A stretch of DNA of 64,000 nucleotides from the NCBI GenBank assembly GCA_964035545.1, contig OZ037768.1, forward strand, positions 9,394,741-9,458,740. The letters run 5' to 3'. A model generated the notes under the pieces. The model was not told the origin of the DNA. It did no database searches and saw only the letters and a list, made by a program, of their open reading frames with translations. Made by a program: the position numbers and the translations under genes. Shown here one piece after another: positions 13,600 through 35,700 of the stretch. The stretch comes from Bugula neritina (taxonomy: Eukaryota > Animalia > Bryozoa). Each line of letters opens with the position of its first letter. Positions within the stretch are counted from its first letter, which is position 1.

Positions 13600-14440
13600 C
13601 TGATACCCAATCACTATCACTATGACTGTTATAATTTAAATTAAGTAATACTAAATATTAATACTGTAAATGTAATACATAATGGCTAATACTATTACTA
13701 ATAGTAATACTAATAACTATAATAGCTACTAATAATTATAAGTATATTAATATTACAGTTACTGTTAGTAATATTACTGCTAATAGTAATACTATTACTA
13801 TTAAGAACTCCAATACTAATAGTCATAGTAATAGTATAATATTAAATATAACTATTATTACTATTAGTATCAGTATCAGTATTACTATTACTCTATTAGT
13901 ATTACAGTATCAGTAATATAAATATACCTAATATAAATGATATTATAACTCGTATTACTACTATGTTTATAGCAATACACTTACAGCCAATAATTATACT
14001 TATACTAGTGTTTAGCCTTATCATAATGATAATCATTATCAATATCATTATGCCAAATATAATATTAATAATACTAAAAGTAAAAGTAAACGTAAAACTA
14101 AATTAGTTAAACTAATTTGCATTACTTTACTTAATTAAAAGAAAGAGTTAAACAAACATATTCGATTTTTAATTTTATATTATTGATATTAATATTTATA
14201 TCATATATCACTATTATATTATAATATAGTAATTATAGATATATTTCATTTTATAATAAACTCTAAGGACTGAAACCAAAATGAATGAAATTAAAATAGG
14301 ATTGGGAAATAAAAATTAAATACGAGAAATTTCTAACAACTATTACTAATACTATAAACTTTAAACTTATAGTTATAAAGGTACTAAACTACTGCAATCT
14401 ACATCAACACTGTAGACTACAGTAATTGTAAATAGTAAAT
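13600..14440. repeat. (ANWNTN)n hexamer-lattice tract, GDPD 5'UTR intron
   Basis: ACTATT AGTATC AGTATC AGTATT ACTATT ACTCTA (from 13860); ATACTA AAAGTA AAAGTA AACGTA AAACTA (from 14071); short remnant at about 12210-12300. Confidence 0.8.
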
Positions 14441-14553
14441 TTGCTAAAATGGCAGTCTAGAAATCGAATATAGAAGGTAATTATTATCATACCGATATTC
14501 TATTAGTATTACTTGTGGTAAAAATTATCAACTGTAGATTTTAAACTTTGACC

Positions 14554-14830
14554 CTTCACCTGGACTTGGAGTCTCGTCACAAAGGTTTTTACGATCACTC
14601 AAGATTTTTTGTTCCTAGATGAAAGGTTAAAAGGCGCTATTGCGCAGGATGAAAGTCGAACTGCTTCTATAAAAAACAACCATTGTTGTCCCGTGGGTAG
14701 GCGTAGCTTCAATAGGATAGCCACGTTATTCATAAAAGCGTTCCAAAGACATGAGCCATGCGGATGACCCATAGGCCGTAAGGATAAACAACTCCCGCAC
14801 ATTTTGAACACAATATTATATATCAATAAC
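14554..14830 (-). promoter_or_regulatory. Putative non-coding first exon/promoter of the GDPD gene
   Basis: Minus-strand donor CAG|GTGAAG at 14560/14559; adjacent CpG/GC-enriched patch 14570-14800. Confidence 0.5.
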
Positions 14831-15640
14831 GCATATATACCACATAGTGGCTACATCAGGTGACAATATTTATTACAAGTCCAACCAAGTTTTGTTCAAC
14901 ACTGAATAAAAATTTGTTGACGAGCTTCATACTTTTGGCTGATAGCAATGAGCACCAATTACAAGCAAGGGCCTTTTTACTGCAAGTGCTCTATACTTTT
15001 AGAAACTTGACTTTTTAAATGCTGGGATAATCAAACTGTTGTGATTTGTTCTAGTGTTGCACTGCAAAGTACTCATTTGCAGAAAACGTTATCAGTTTAA
15101 ATCAGATATTGAATTTTTTTACAAAGGGTGTTCCAACATCTACCAAATCTTTTGCATGTAATATAATGACCCTACCATAAGGGTATCTCAACATTCAAAT
15201 TGGCTAAATGATTCGATTGCATGCACATTCATTGCAATTGTCTATTTTGCATCACACATCTTCTTACAAAAAAAAAACATTTTATTTTTGGAAACTGTAC
15301 ATACATAAATGTTTACAACACACAGAAATTTATTTTTACTTGCTTTCCTCAAAATTTTAGGTTGCAGCAGTGGTTATATGTTTTAAGAATAAATAATATT
15401 ATAATGAAAAATGTTTGTTTTTAACGTATATTTAAATGGAAAATTTATTACAGTAAGAAAAATATACATACATACATACATACAACCTAATACAGTATAA
15501 AGTAAAAAGCCAAGGCTAATAAATAAAATTATTTTCAATAATTGAGCAATAATTACTATCTTCAGAAGTATTCTTAGCGTTCACCTAAATGTTTATGAAA
15601 ACGATTTCATATAATATGCTTGTCAGCAGAAATATTACTA

Positions 15641-18626
15641 TTAAACCTCAAGAAGATACGTTTTCAGCACAAATGGTATATTTAATTGCTCAACCTGATT
15701 TAAAGGATTGACTTTTAATAACTTTTTCCTAATAAGTTTTTTACACCACCATGCCAATGAAGGAGGATTAGAAGTCACATGCTTTAGCCAACGCTTGTTT
15801 TCTTCAGCCCACCCATCAACATACATGTCAAAAGTGGGCACACTGAACATCTCTGCATTGAGATAGCAGCCGGCAGCAACTAAAGCTTTAATGATGCTCA
15901 ATTCTTCATGATGAACCGCAACAAATAATGGTGAAACGGGTACATCATAAATTTTGTCAAATTGTTCTTCATATATATTTTGTCCTCTACAGGGGACTTC
16001 CGCATCGACATTTCTTGCTAACAACAATTGCACAGATGCTAAAGAGCGACTGTAAACGGCGTTCCATAAGGGCGATATATTCATATTGTTGCACAAAGAT
16101 GGATTGGCATTATGCTGTAGGAGTTCCTTCACCATTTCAGAATTGCCATTATGGGAAGCATATATCAAAGCTGTATCACCATCATTGTCTTGCTGATTTG
16201 TATCACAACCTAATGATAGTAAGTATTGAACACATGGCATACTATCCGCATGACAAGCCAGGCCCACAGCAGTGTTCCCATCATAAGTAAGGAGATTAGG
16301 GTCAGCACCATACCTACACAGCATCTGAACACCTTGCAGATTTCCTTGCCATGCTGCATAATGTAAAGCACTATAATAATTTGACTCATTCTTCTCGGCA
16401 TTTGTCACCACTTGATCAATCAAGTCTGGCTTGAATTTAACAATAGTCTCGGCAACTGATAATTTATCCGTATTCAGATGTACCATTAGAGCTGTACCAC
16501 TAGGACTCACCATAATGGCAGGGTCAGCACCTTTAGAAAGTAGCAGCTCTGCGGCACCTGCAAAGGAACTTGTTAATCAACATCAAAATGTTTACAGAGC
16601 ATAATATTATTTTTAGATCTGGCAGCTAAAATTTCCCAAGCATTGTTTCATACTTTTAAGCCAATAGACATATTAGGGGATGCATCTGAAAAGTTTGCTG
16701 TCATTTTTAAGCACATTATCACAACATATTTACACAAGAGCAGCTACAACATCCTTATTTTTAGACAGGACATCGTACACAACAATGTTTGTCAAAACGA
16801 CAATCGAATATTTTGCATGTTTAGGTATATTAAGGTTAAGCATAATTTCAAAGATGACACCTTTTAGCCAAAATATTCGATAATCTAACTTCTCCCACTA
16901 GGATGTAGGTATTTTCAAGTCATAAATTTTATTTTATTTTTGAATACACACTTAGATAAAACCTAAACACTATATTCACCATAAATTGTGATTATAATCA
17001 TGCTTAATTAAAATGAGCCTATAAGTAACATATTATATAGCAATATACATGATGACGGTGTAAAGTAGAGAGCAGTGTATCCTTCCTTTATGTCATCATT
17101 GATATCCCCAACACCCAGTGACAGCAGCCAAGAAATAACTTCAGGTGCACCACGCTTCACTGCCAAATACATGAGCTCCTTCCAATGAGCTATATTGATG
17201 AAATCAGGTCCTGGATAATACAATAAACATCATAATGGCACAGAATCAAGCCTGCACGTACATATCAAATCGTCCACCCTGACTTTAGAGATCTAATAGG
17301 TGTATTTCTGGGTTTTTTACTTCTCTAGTATTCAAAGTGTCGCCCAACCATTATATTTTTGAAATCGTCAAATGTTGAATTGAATTACAACATTACTCGA
17401 GCCTAAAACCACACTAGAGATAGCACATTAAAATGCAAGATTTATTATACATGTATCTGCTGATAAAATATCTATCTTGACATTGATTAAAAAACATCCA
17501 AAGGCACTAAATTTTAATTCATGAATTAATTTTCAACTACTTAGTATATATACCACGTAAATACTTACTTGCGTGTAAATATAGACGTGCTCCTTCTGCA
17601 TCGTTGCTGATAACACGCTGTGTCAGCAAGCAGTCCTTTTTTACGAATTCTTTCAGTGAGTCAGGTGTATAAGCAAACCCTTTACTTAAAAGTAAATTTG
17701 CGGCAGCATGACGTCCATTCATTATTGCCACGTCGAATGGGAAGAATTTTCCTAAACTAGTAGTGGAATACATGTCACACCCTTGGTTCAGCAAACAGAC
17801 AAGTATGTCCACTTTAGCCAAACCTGAAAAATGAAACAAATGATTAAGCACTGAATATAATACAGTGCTTTAAAATATAGGATTAGAAATTACAAATATT
17901 GCAATTAATAAACTTAGGATTTGACACAAAAAATTACTCTACTAGCGCTAAAATATGTTGATTACATAACTTACAAAAAACTGGTAGATCATCATTGACA
18001 GATAAATTTTTTTGTAAAACAAGCAGAACTTATGCAAAATATTTTAGGTTTTTCAAAAATATGCTAAAAAATAAAACTTTGGATAGTTTTACAAATTGTG
18101 TAGCCACATACCAGCTGCTATATGTAGTGGGAAAAAGAAGAACTTTTTTGCTGACTTGCTATTCTCAGATAACCAATGATGACATTTACCATTAGCTATT
18201 AGATGCTCCACATTACCTAAATATATATTTCTCAGTGCTTTTTTGAAGCACGGGCAATCCCTTCCTACATCTAAAAAAGTAAAAGCACAGAGCGAGCTAC
18301 AACGTATATTACCTAAAGTATGACATAACGGCTATCCATCAATAAAATTGGCAATGCTGTAACCGATGGTTACCTGTAACTTGACTAAGGTCAATGCATA
18401 TAAGTGCACACACAAAGCTCTATCACAACTACCTAACCTTATTATCAATATGTATTTAAAATATTCAGCACTTACCTATAGCTATAGCCTTAGAAAGTTC
18501 ATGTTTGTAACATTTGATTAGTGTTTGAGAATCATAGGAAAAAATTAGTTGAACAATCTTTAATGCAGTACCACTTGGAATTATATTGTCGACAATTGGA
18601 ACTGATTCTTCAATGCTTTGATTCAT
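15641..18626 (-). CDS. Ankyrin repeat and SOCS box (ASB-like) protein
   Basis: Exons 18626-18476, 18270-18217, 17823-17569, 17210-17049, 16557-15641, all phase 1 GT-AG. Ankyrin repeats (SALHYAAWQG, GDTALIYAS, SPLWNAV) and C-terminal SOCS box PPSLAWWCKKLIRKKL..LNIPFVLKTYL. Start codon tentative. Confidence 0.85.
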
Positions 18627-18739
18627 CCTATAAGTCAGGTAACAAAAGAAACCAGTGATACTAGTATTTTTGAAATTGTATGATATCATGTCATGTCTGC
18701 AATTTGCAATAAATAAATAAATCAATCAAAAGCATGGAA

Positions 18740-19875
18740 TTGAATAATGATATTGAGCAACATAAAAATCAATGTGGAATTATATTAGCTCATTCTGATT
18801 AAGATTACAATTACATTATGATTACATTTTCAAGAAAAACTCTCTCGGCAGACTCTAGTATTTTAAAAACACATATTTATATTATTGTAATAATCATATC
18901 ATTCTGATTTCAATTATGTGTGTATTTTACCATAATCATGTGATTTTATAATTCTATCAACTATGACAATTACCATTAATATTACCATCATAATAATAAT
19001 CATGAATACAACAATAAAAATAATAGTCATATGTAAATCATTATTATAATGATATTGTTAATCATAATAATAATTATATCTACTATCTAGATTAGGATAA
19101 TCATCAAGATTATGATGATAATAATAATCTAAATAGTAATCATAATCAATAATCATGATATTTATTGTCATTACGATTAAGCCTTAGTCTATGACTATAA
19201 ATATAATCATCGATCACCATTATCATTATGATTATCACAATCATAATGATATTGATAATCAAATGATTATCATAATCATTATTATTATTCATAATGTTAC
19301 ACTTAGTGAGTTAATGATATTCATATTGATAATAATAATAATAATACTAATAGTAATAGCAATCATTAATCTTAAAATAATGTATCACTATCAGTATCAC
19401 AGCTATTACTATCAGTAACTGTAAGTACTATGTTCAACACAACTACTACTAGACAAAACTGAAAATTTTGTGATCATCATTAAATAATTAATGATTAATC
19501 ACTATCACTATGATATTCACTTATTGAATTTGATTATCATTATGATTTATGAACATTAACATGACTAAAATTCAAAATGGGAAAAACACTTTAACTTTTA
19601 CTTTAGTCTTTATGTTTACACCTTTACTTTACTTACTACATTTTGATTTAGTTTTACTGTCAACTTTACCTTTCGTCCTTTAGCTTTAGTTTTACTTCAA
19701 GATTACGCAGCACAGATTAAACATTTTGAAACTATATTAATATTGATGCTGTTTATCTCTCCTATAATTAATTATAATCACACACATAATAATCATGTTG
19801 ACATAATAATATAATAATAAATTATAATAATATATAACTTATAAATATATTTATATGTATGATTTAGTTTGATTT
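18740..19875. repeat. (ANWNTN)n hexamer-lattice tract, 5' region of the ASB-like gene
   Basis: ATTATC ATTATG ATTATC ACAATC ATAATG ATATTG ATAATC (19219-19260). Confidence 0.8.
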
Positions 19876-20229
19876 AGAGCGACCGCAGTGTCGTAGCCGT
19901 GTACACATGCGTTGATCAAAACAACATTATATTTTATGCCTGCAGTATAATTTTCTCAACTGTTTATAACTTAACTAAGTCATATATTAAACTAAGGAAC
20001 CTCAGCAAAATCTTTGCCAGGCACGGGAGACGTCAGCGCTCTTCACATTTTAATATTGACCCAGAAAAGTCACGTGTGTAAAAAACCACACGCAAAAGAG
20101 CTGTAGGTGCCTATAAGTATTAGCAGTATTAGTATAACAATAAGTATATGTCCAACAACAACAACTGCAAGTACATTTAACTTTGCGATTACATTAAAAG
20201 CTTCTGCAAATTGACATTGGAGTTAAGAT
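19876..20229. promoter_or_regulatory. Putative bidirectional promoter, ASB-like / AMPK alpha
   Basis: Short CpG-containing patch between divergent genes; CRE-like GACGTCA 20029-20035, E-box GTCACGTG 20069-20076. Confidence 0.6.
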
Positions 20230-27797
<7,568 letters not shown>

Positions 27798-28775
27798 CAG
27801 GCTGCAGACAATTCCATTAGATCAATGGACAGGCTGAACCAGTGAAAGTGCACAGAGTGCTGAAAACCTAAAACCATTTACGTGTACAATAATTGAGAAG
27901 AGGCAATACCTTATAAGTTGACGTAATATTTTATTACACTATAATAGTTGTATCCTATATATTCTATATTAGTTTTGTGGTCATTTTCATACATTTTTTA
28001 TAATGTTATGTTTTTGTTGATAAGTCCCATATTGTAAATTTGATATTGATGGTAAAATCAGTAAAGTTTCACGTAAAAGGATTGTGTCGTCCATATTATG
28101 TTATGCTTATATTTTTATATTGAAATGATTCATTTTTAATAATTGTGTACTAAAAATGTTAATGGATTAAAATTGATTGCGCCACTATGCATACCAAAAT
28201 TATCCATAAAGTTGTCACATTGATTTTCAGTTTTGAGCATTTTCATTTTATTGCTTGTAACACCAACTTATAATAAAGAAATTTGAAAACATTCAGTGCC
28301 AAAGGTTTACATATATTTTTTATGCAAACATTTCGTTAACTTAAACAAATGAATCTGTTTAATTATGGAGATGTCATTGCTCTGAAGAAAGTAATCTCGC
28401 AGCTCTCGAATCTCGGAATCTGTGGCTCAATTAAAGCGATAATTTCTGTTGTGAGGGACATTTTTCACATGTAAGCTATTGACACACTTTCCCTTTCAAC
28501 TGAGAGCTTACATTCTATGGATTCAAAGTTTTAAAAGCTGTTTTGTCTACCAAGTCAAACATAGTTGCTCTACCACACAAGTGGCAGAACACAGATCTGT
28601 AGAGTTATCTTACCATTGTAAGATAGCATTTAATGAAATGTTGGCTAAGCGACGGATAAAGAAAAATCGCTTGAAGCAACACTGAGTTGGAAAGTGACTA
28701 AATGCAGTGGTTTGGGGGTCTCAGGTTGGCCTTTTTCGCAAACTGAAGTCGCTCCCACTGAGCTGGAAAAGATAA

Positions 28776-29542
28776 TCACGGGCTTTCCATGTACCGATCT
28801 CAGATCGATCTCGCTGAGATCGATCTGAGAAATGTGCTCAGATCGATCGTTTTTCCATGAGAGTGTCAGATCGATCTCGCGAAGTTGCCTCCTCTTAAGT
28901 GAAGGATACTTTAAAAGTATAATTTGTTCACCTATTTGAGTGATTAAAGCTACTACTGTTGAAAACAAGATGGTAGTAGTCTAAAATTTAATCTCAGCTA
29001 TAAACTATACGCAGCAAAGCTTTCAGTGTATGGTAATTTAGCCAATTTAAAATAATTAATTTTAATTTTTTAGCTCAACAGCTTATATAAAATTGATGGC
29101 TGTCTTGAAGATTATTAACAAACTTACAGGACTTTTAGGCTTAAAATTACAAAGAAAATAGCTAATGAAACTAAGTTTTGATAGTCATTTAAATTCATTT
29201 TAAATTTTCCCATTTTTTTACCTTCTACTGCATATAATTGAGTTTTCTTAATCATTGTACTGAAAGTCAAAGTTTTGGCATCTGAAAAAGTAATTATCAT
29301 GATTATTTAATACTTTGCTTAGTAGTTATCAATAAGTTATCATTTTTATCAGCAGACAACATTGTAGCGCGCAGTCTTTTTCTACTTCTCAGATCGATCT
29401 GGCGTCTTTCCATGGTCTTATTGACATGAGATCGATCTGAGTTCGAGCTCTACAGACCGACCAGCTCAGATCGACGGAGATCGATCTTTAGCGTCTTTCC
29501 ATGGATCGATCTCTCTGAGATCGGTACATGGAAAGCCGGTGA
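28776..29542. mobile_element. About 770-bp MITE with subterminal AGATCGATCT palindromes
   Basis: 28-bp TIRs TCACGGGCTTTCCATGTACCGATCTCAG / CTGAGATCGGTACATGGAAAGCCGGTGA (1 mismatch); GATCGATC and TTTCCATG motifs clustered at both ends; AT-rich core; TSD unresolved. Confidence 0.8.
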
Positions 29543-29751
29543 ATTATTATTGAGTTCATTGGTCGCTCCGACCCACTGCGCCAAGTGACCCTCAACTTGG
29601 TGCTGTTTCAAGCAATTGATGAGCTGCACCGCTTCAAGGACGAGCCTGTGCAAGCTATACAGTATACAATTACACGCACATTACAATATTGTTAATTTAT
29701 TATTTTTCAAGCTTTCAAATTGAAAAAAGTTGAAAATTTCTTACTACTAAA

Positions 29752-32700
29752 ATGACTCCAACATTTACTAAGTTACCAAATCGTCTGTCAATTATTGCTA
29801 GGCAAATGCTGAACTTGAAAGGCATAAATTTAAAGGTATGGGCCAGTGTGAGTGACAGAGTGAGACTGAGAGTGGGAGTTTGAACTTCAGGCTAAACAAT
29901 AACAATTATGATACCAATACAAATAAGTATAACTATAAGACAAAAGTATTACTATAAGTATAACAACAATAATTCCTACACTCCAACAGTCACAGGCAAC
30001 ACTCACTCAACAGCATTAGTATTATTATTAATATTATTATTATGATTGCTACTACATCTAATAGTAATAATTATAATGATAATGATTATTGGAATTTTGT
30101 AATTACTGTGATCATTATAATTATGAATAATAATAATTAATTCTCAAAGTATCTATATAAATATTTATAAATGAATAATTGCAATTATAATATTATTATT
30201 AATATTATTATAAACTAATGAAGTAAAAGTGATAATTATAATTATTAGGCCTAATAATTATAATATAAATATAATTATAATTATTAATATTAGTAATAGC
30301 AATACTAATGTTAGTAGTAATAGTAATACTAATAGTGATACAATTAGTATTACTGTTAGACTTAGAGTTTATGTCACACTTACTGTTGCACTAATTTTAA
30401 ACGATTTAATGTTATATTTAATTGTTTTACTACTAATAATCTTAATCATAATGGTCAATGATGATAATTGTCATACTATTACTATTAATATTAGTGGTAG
30501 TGATAGTAGTACTGTTAGTGACTTTGATACTCATGCTGATACTAATAGTCATACCCATGCAATACTACTTAATTTATTATAATTGTGATTTTGTGTATCA
30601 GGTATTAGTGTTGTGCTTAATGCTTGACTTTAGGCTCATGGATGCAATTCAGTGTGAATCAGTCTGTCATAATTATGTTAATAATGATTGTCATGAATGT
30701 AGCTTCAGCTTCCATCACAATGACTATCTCGTATAAATATAACAGATAATAATAATTATTATGTCACAATGATATTCAATTCAACACTGATACCACTTCT
30801 TTCATTTATCATTATAATATTTATATGGTAATGACTATGATTTGGTCTTGAGAGTTATGCTTGTCGCTTCAAATTGAATTATGTTTAATCAGTAGTGGTA
30901 GATTTAATATCAAATTCTTCAACCTCAGTAAATTTAAAGGTTGAGTTTAGCATATTTTAAAGTTTGAAGACTAAATTGAAGCTTTATCAAATTATAGGTA
31001 GTATTTAATATTGTTTATTAGTCATATTGTAATTAAATGTGTATAATCTTTTAGCAGTTATGGTAAAGCTGATGAGTGTTAATTTACATGACTTTCTTTT
31101 CAATTGTATTATAGGAACATTGTTGCAATGTGTGTACTCTTTTATTTGTTATTTTAAAACTGAGCAGTAAACTACTGTTGTTGCATATTATGCTCAATAG
31201 GTTAATTAGATTGTTATTATAGACTAGTGTATTTCTCCTACTTTTATATACAGATGTCTCAAAGAGCTTCATTCAGCAGTGTTAATAACATGGATGAGGA
31301 AGTGTTGTTTGATGCAGTGGGGTCAGCTCGAATTATTTCTTTGAATAGAGTAAAAGCACTTAACTCTCTTAATTTGAACATGGTGGAAAAGATAATGTCA
31401 TCTATGCAGGTATACAATTTTGATTTCACTGTACTTATTGAGTTTGTTTTTGCTCACACATTTTCACCATAAGTATGATGTTGGTTTGTTAAAGGCAATA
31501 GTATTTTTCAGACCTGGGTAGCTCCTGGCTCAAACGTCTCCATGATAATAATAAAAGGAAGTGGCGAAAAAGCTTTTTGTGCTGGTGGAGATATAAAAGG
31601 TTTTTATTTCTATCTTTTTCAATAACTGTTTTCTTTAAAAAGCTTGTTATAGTGTGATGTTAAAATCGGTTTATCCTAGAAATTTCATTTATTTCTAATT
31701 TGTCATCGAATGTGCAAAATCTCTCTCTATCATCAAACAGGTAGATTTTTGTGTCTTCAACAAAAGCATGGCCATCAACTGTAGAGCTATATTTCAATAT
31801 ACTGAAGGGCCAAAACCTTCACAAAGTTATCCTTGAAGATTGGTGAATGTAGTTGCCAGTTCTGCATCATATTCATTGATCAACTACTAAAATGAATAAC
31901 TTAAATATCATAATTATTTAAAATGACTATTAAATCATCTTATTACTAATTATATTGGTTATTTCAAATAGATTATTAAATAATGATGAGTTGATCAATC
32001 TGTTTCAACTCTTGCCATCAATACTAAAACCTATATTAAGTCTACCACAATGTACAAGTCAAGTGGAGCTGTCAAGTTGACTAAATGAACTTTAGGTGCT
32101 CGAGTCATAAAGTACACACGTTAATTCAGCTACTTCCATGAATATATTCACTATACTATTTTTGACTTCTTATTAAAATGTTATATTTTTATGAGGAAGT
32201 TTCAACTGTTGGAAATAATCTTCAAATAGGCTGCAAAACTTTTCAACTCAGTAACATTTTCAGTTGAATAAAATATGATTGAAATGCTATCAAATATTAA
32301 TTCGTTTTATAGAGTACAATGTAAAATAGAGGTGGATGTATTTTCTGTTTTTAGCTGCAACAGAGGAAGGCAAGAAAGATCCATCTAGTCCCAACTCCAC
32401 ACACTTCTTCAGAAGAGAATATATGTTGAACCATTTGATTGGTGAGTGGTATTCATGGTGCTTTTACTGCTCAGAGTTTTTCAATAATGCATGTTGCACA
32501 GGATGGAAAAAATTGACACCAAATCAATATCAAGATGAATATTTAGAACAACAGGTTTCTTTGAATTTATGATTTATTGTATTTACAGTGCATCTCTATA
32601 ATATAATTACCTGAGTTGCCCAACATTGAAGGTTTTGAGGTTGAAGTATTTGCTAAAATATCACACTCTCTAATTTGTTTACTAACACCCTCTTATGAAC

Positions 32701-35700
32701 TACAAGAGAAAGAAAATCTATAAGCATGTTTTAAACTTCTGACCACTGTTTGATGAATGCAGCATCTATTATATTTAAAAGAACCGTATAGAGTTTGAAA
32801 TACATACACTTAAATGTTTACCTTTTGAAAATTCTACTTGACCGTTTTATTGTTGATTAAAATATATGAATATATATCTTTTATAAAAATTTTGTCTGAT
32901 AGTTTTTTTTATTAAACTTTTAGGTACCTGTCCTCTACCATATGTAGCTTTAATAGATGGCATTACAATGGGAGGGGTAAGTTGAAACTTGACATCAGAG
33001 TAATATCAATAGTTCAGTCAGTATTAAGGACTTCATTTTATTGCTTTTCAAAACTTCTGGTGAACTTCCCTCTAAAATATATTAGACGCTGAGTGTTTAC
33101 TGTAAGATGTATGAAATAACACATCTTTAAAGAACTTTTGACATGTTGAATTTATGCAGTATTCAAATATTTTATATATGTCTTGGCTAACATCTACAGA
33201 CTGTCTGAGAGTTTTGTGCTCAATCATATAAATACAATAGAGGGGTTTCAAACATCCCTCTAGGGGAATTTGTATTTTAAAGTTGTCTCCCCCTGCAGGG
33301 ATTGGGGGCAGTCTCGATGATATATAGAAGGCCCATAAAATAAGTAGAAATGTAAGGTTTGAGTGAAGACTACTACTAGTATAAGTTTCATTTTTTCTGA
33401 GATTAATATTTTGGCATAAGTACACATATGAGCAGTTTCAGAATTTTTTAAAAAAATTTTGTTAATGATAAATGGAACAAAAACAAAACTTCAAAGCATA
33501 TTTGTGGTTTTGGTTAGTGAGCAAATCTGAAGCTGGCAGCTGTCATTATTATTTGCTTTGCCGACTGTAACCAGCCTGTTTAGAGCTGCTAACCTTTCAA
33601 CTCTTAGGACAATAATAACATGCTCGTACACAGTATAGCTGCACTAGTGGGCTCTGTCTTACTGAACTCCAAATGCTCCAAATTATGGGTTGGAACACAT
33701 GCCTGTACGTTTATGAAGGCACTGGCTCATTTATATTAACATGTTCACGTACTTACACACCTATACTATGAAAATAACTAAGCCACCTTACTATCTAATA
33801 TTTCTATATATCAAAAAAATTATTATAAATATAAAGATATGTATTAAAATAGATAGATTCAATTTGTAATTTCAAACAACATCTTATCTAAAAATGCCAA
33901 ACACTGTGTAACTATATATATGTTTTAAAAGCATTTGTTTACATGGCATGCATGCAAGTCAATGAAAATATTTAGAGAACAGTAAAAAGAACCATATAAA
34001 TTTCAGAATAGTTTCTTTTTTTCTGAGATGAATATTTTGGAAATGTCCCACAATTCAACATTTAAATAAAGTCTGTAAAAGAATTTTTCACAGTGTATTT
34101 TCAATGAAGAATTATTTTTGCAAGCTGGTTTGCATTTGTTCTGGCATGCCATTTTACAGTGGTCTAGTTAACTAGGTCAAAGTTCATTGAGGTGGACATG
34201 TTTTATTAACCTCCGTGTGTTGATAAAATACCATCATTGGATTTAGAGCTTCTCTAAGCAACTTCACAGTCTGATTAAATATCTGCGATACCTGCCTAGT
34301 AGACAATCCAAACTTAAAAAATTAATATACTAAATCCTTGTATTACATGTATGGATGAAAAATAATGCAACAAATTGGCTAAAGCATGTTCAAGTAATGT
34401 GAAAAACTCGAAATATAAATGAGTCAAACTAGAGCTAGTCAAGTGTGTGGTGTTTTTGGCCGATTTATATGTGTTGTTTAATCAGCTTATTATGTAGGGA
34501 TGTAATCCTATATAATGTAATTTAAGTTAGACAGCTAAAGTTGGACAGTTCTCATCGGGCACTTTCTTGAACAAGCAGTTATGTAATATAGAGAGACAGC
34601 TACTCAACAGAGAGCTTCAAGCAAGCAAAATTCTTGCAACAAGGTTGATTGAATACAAAACAGCTGCTGTTATTCTTATAGCAGCATGCATTGTATAAGA
34701 GATAGCCTGATGGTTTACATAGTTTACATACAGTGACATACCACTGAAAATTATTAGAAACCACAGAAAAGATATAAAGGAGAGAATGCTGGCACAAAGG
34801 AAGTATAGCAATGTGGTCAAATATATGGCTGAAAACTGACCTAGAGATAAATAAGTACAAAATGTACGTAATATAGCTAAATCAGCAAAGCCAAATGATT
34901 TGATATAAAAAGTATTATCTGGGAATTTAGTAAAACTTTGTAGCATTATTTAAAACTCCACCTTTGAGCAAGACCCGTATGGAGTAAAGCCAATCTTAAT
35001 TTCATTAGTGTCATAAGAATGCAGTCATTATGACATAGTTCGGTCTTTCTATACTTTACAGCTGGTACTAAATGTACATTTTAACTCTTTTTTGGAAACA
35101 AGCCAAGTTGCTTTGGCTGAAAAGTGCTTTTTTTGATGATTTTTTTTCTGCAATGCAGCAGTATATAATTTACAATGCTCCAAAAACATTTCTGTATTAG
35201 GAATGTTGGTATACAAACAGCTTGCAAGAATAATTCTTCATTGAAAATACGCTGTGAATTTTTTTTACAGATTTAATTTAAACGTTGAATTGTGGGACCT
35301 TTCCAAAATATTCATCTCAGAAAAGAAGAAACTATTCTAAAATTTATATGCTTCTTTTTACTGTTCTCTAAATATTTTCATTGACTTGCATGCATGCCAT
35401 GTAAACAAATGCTTTTAAAACATATATATAGTTATACAGTGTTTGACATTTTTAGATAAGATGTTGTTTGAAATTAGCCTGGGGCCACACGGTGCGTATT
35501 TTCGCATGCGAAAATTGAAATCACAAGTAGCAAAGGTGTCCACTGTAGCGTCAGTGATGCGTGATAAACAAAGCGTTCATTTTTAAATCGCACTCGCTTT
35601 CAATAAAACGCAATTTACTGGAATTTAGCACTAAAATAAAGAAATTGGGCTCGCTTAATAATACCAGCCAATTAGGTGACGACGACAGAGACGATTCGCA

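Noticed and set aside
17224-17251. In-frame TGA in the ASB-like gene suggesting selenocysteine or a pseudogene
   Set aside because: A better acceptor (TTATCCAG| at 17211/17210) in the correct phase leaves the TGA in the intron.
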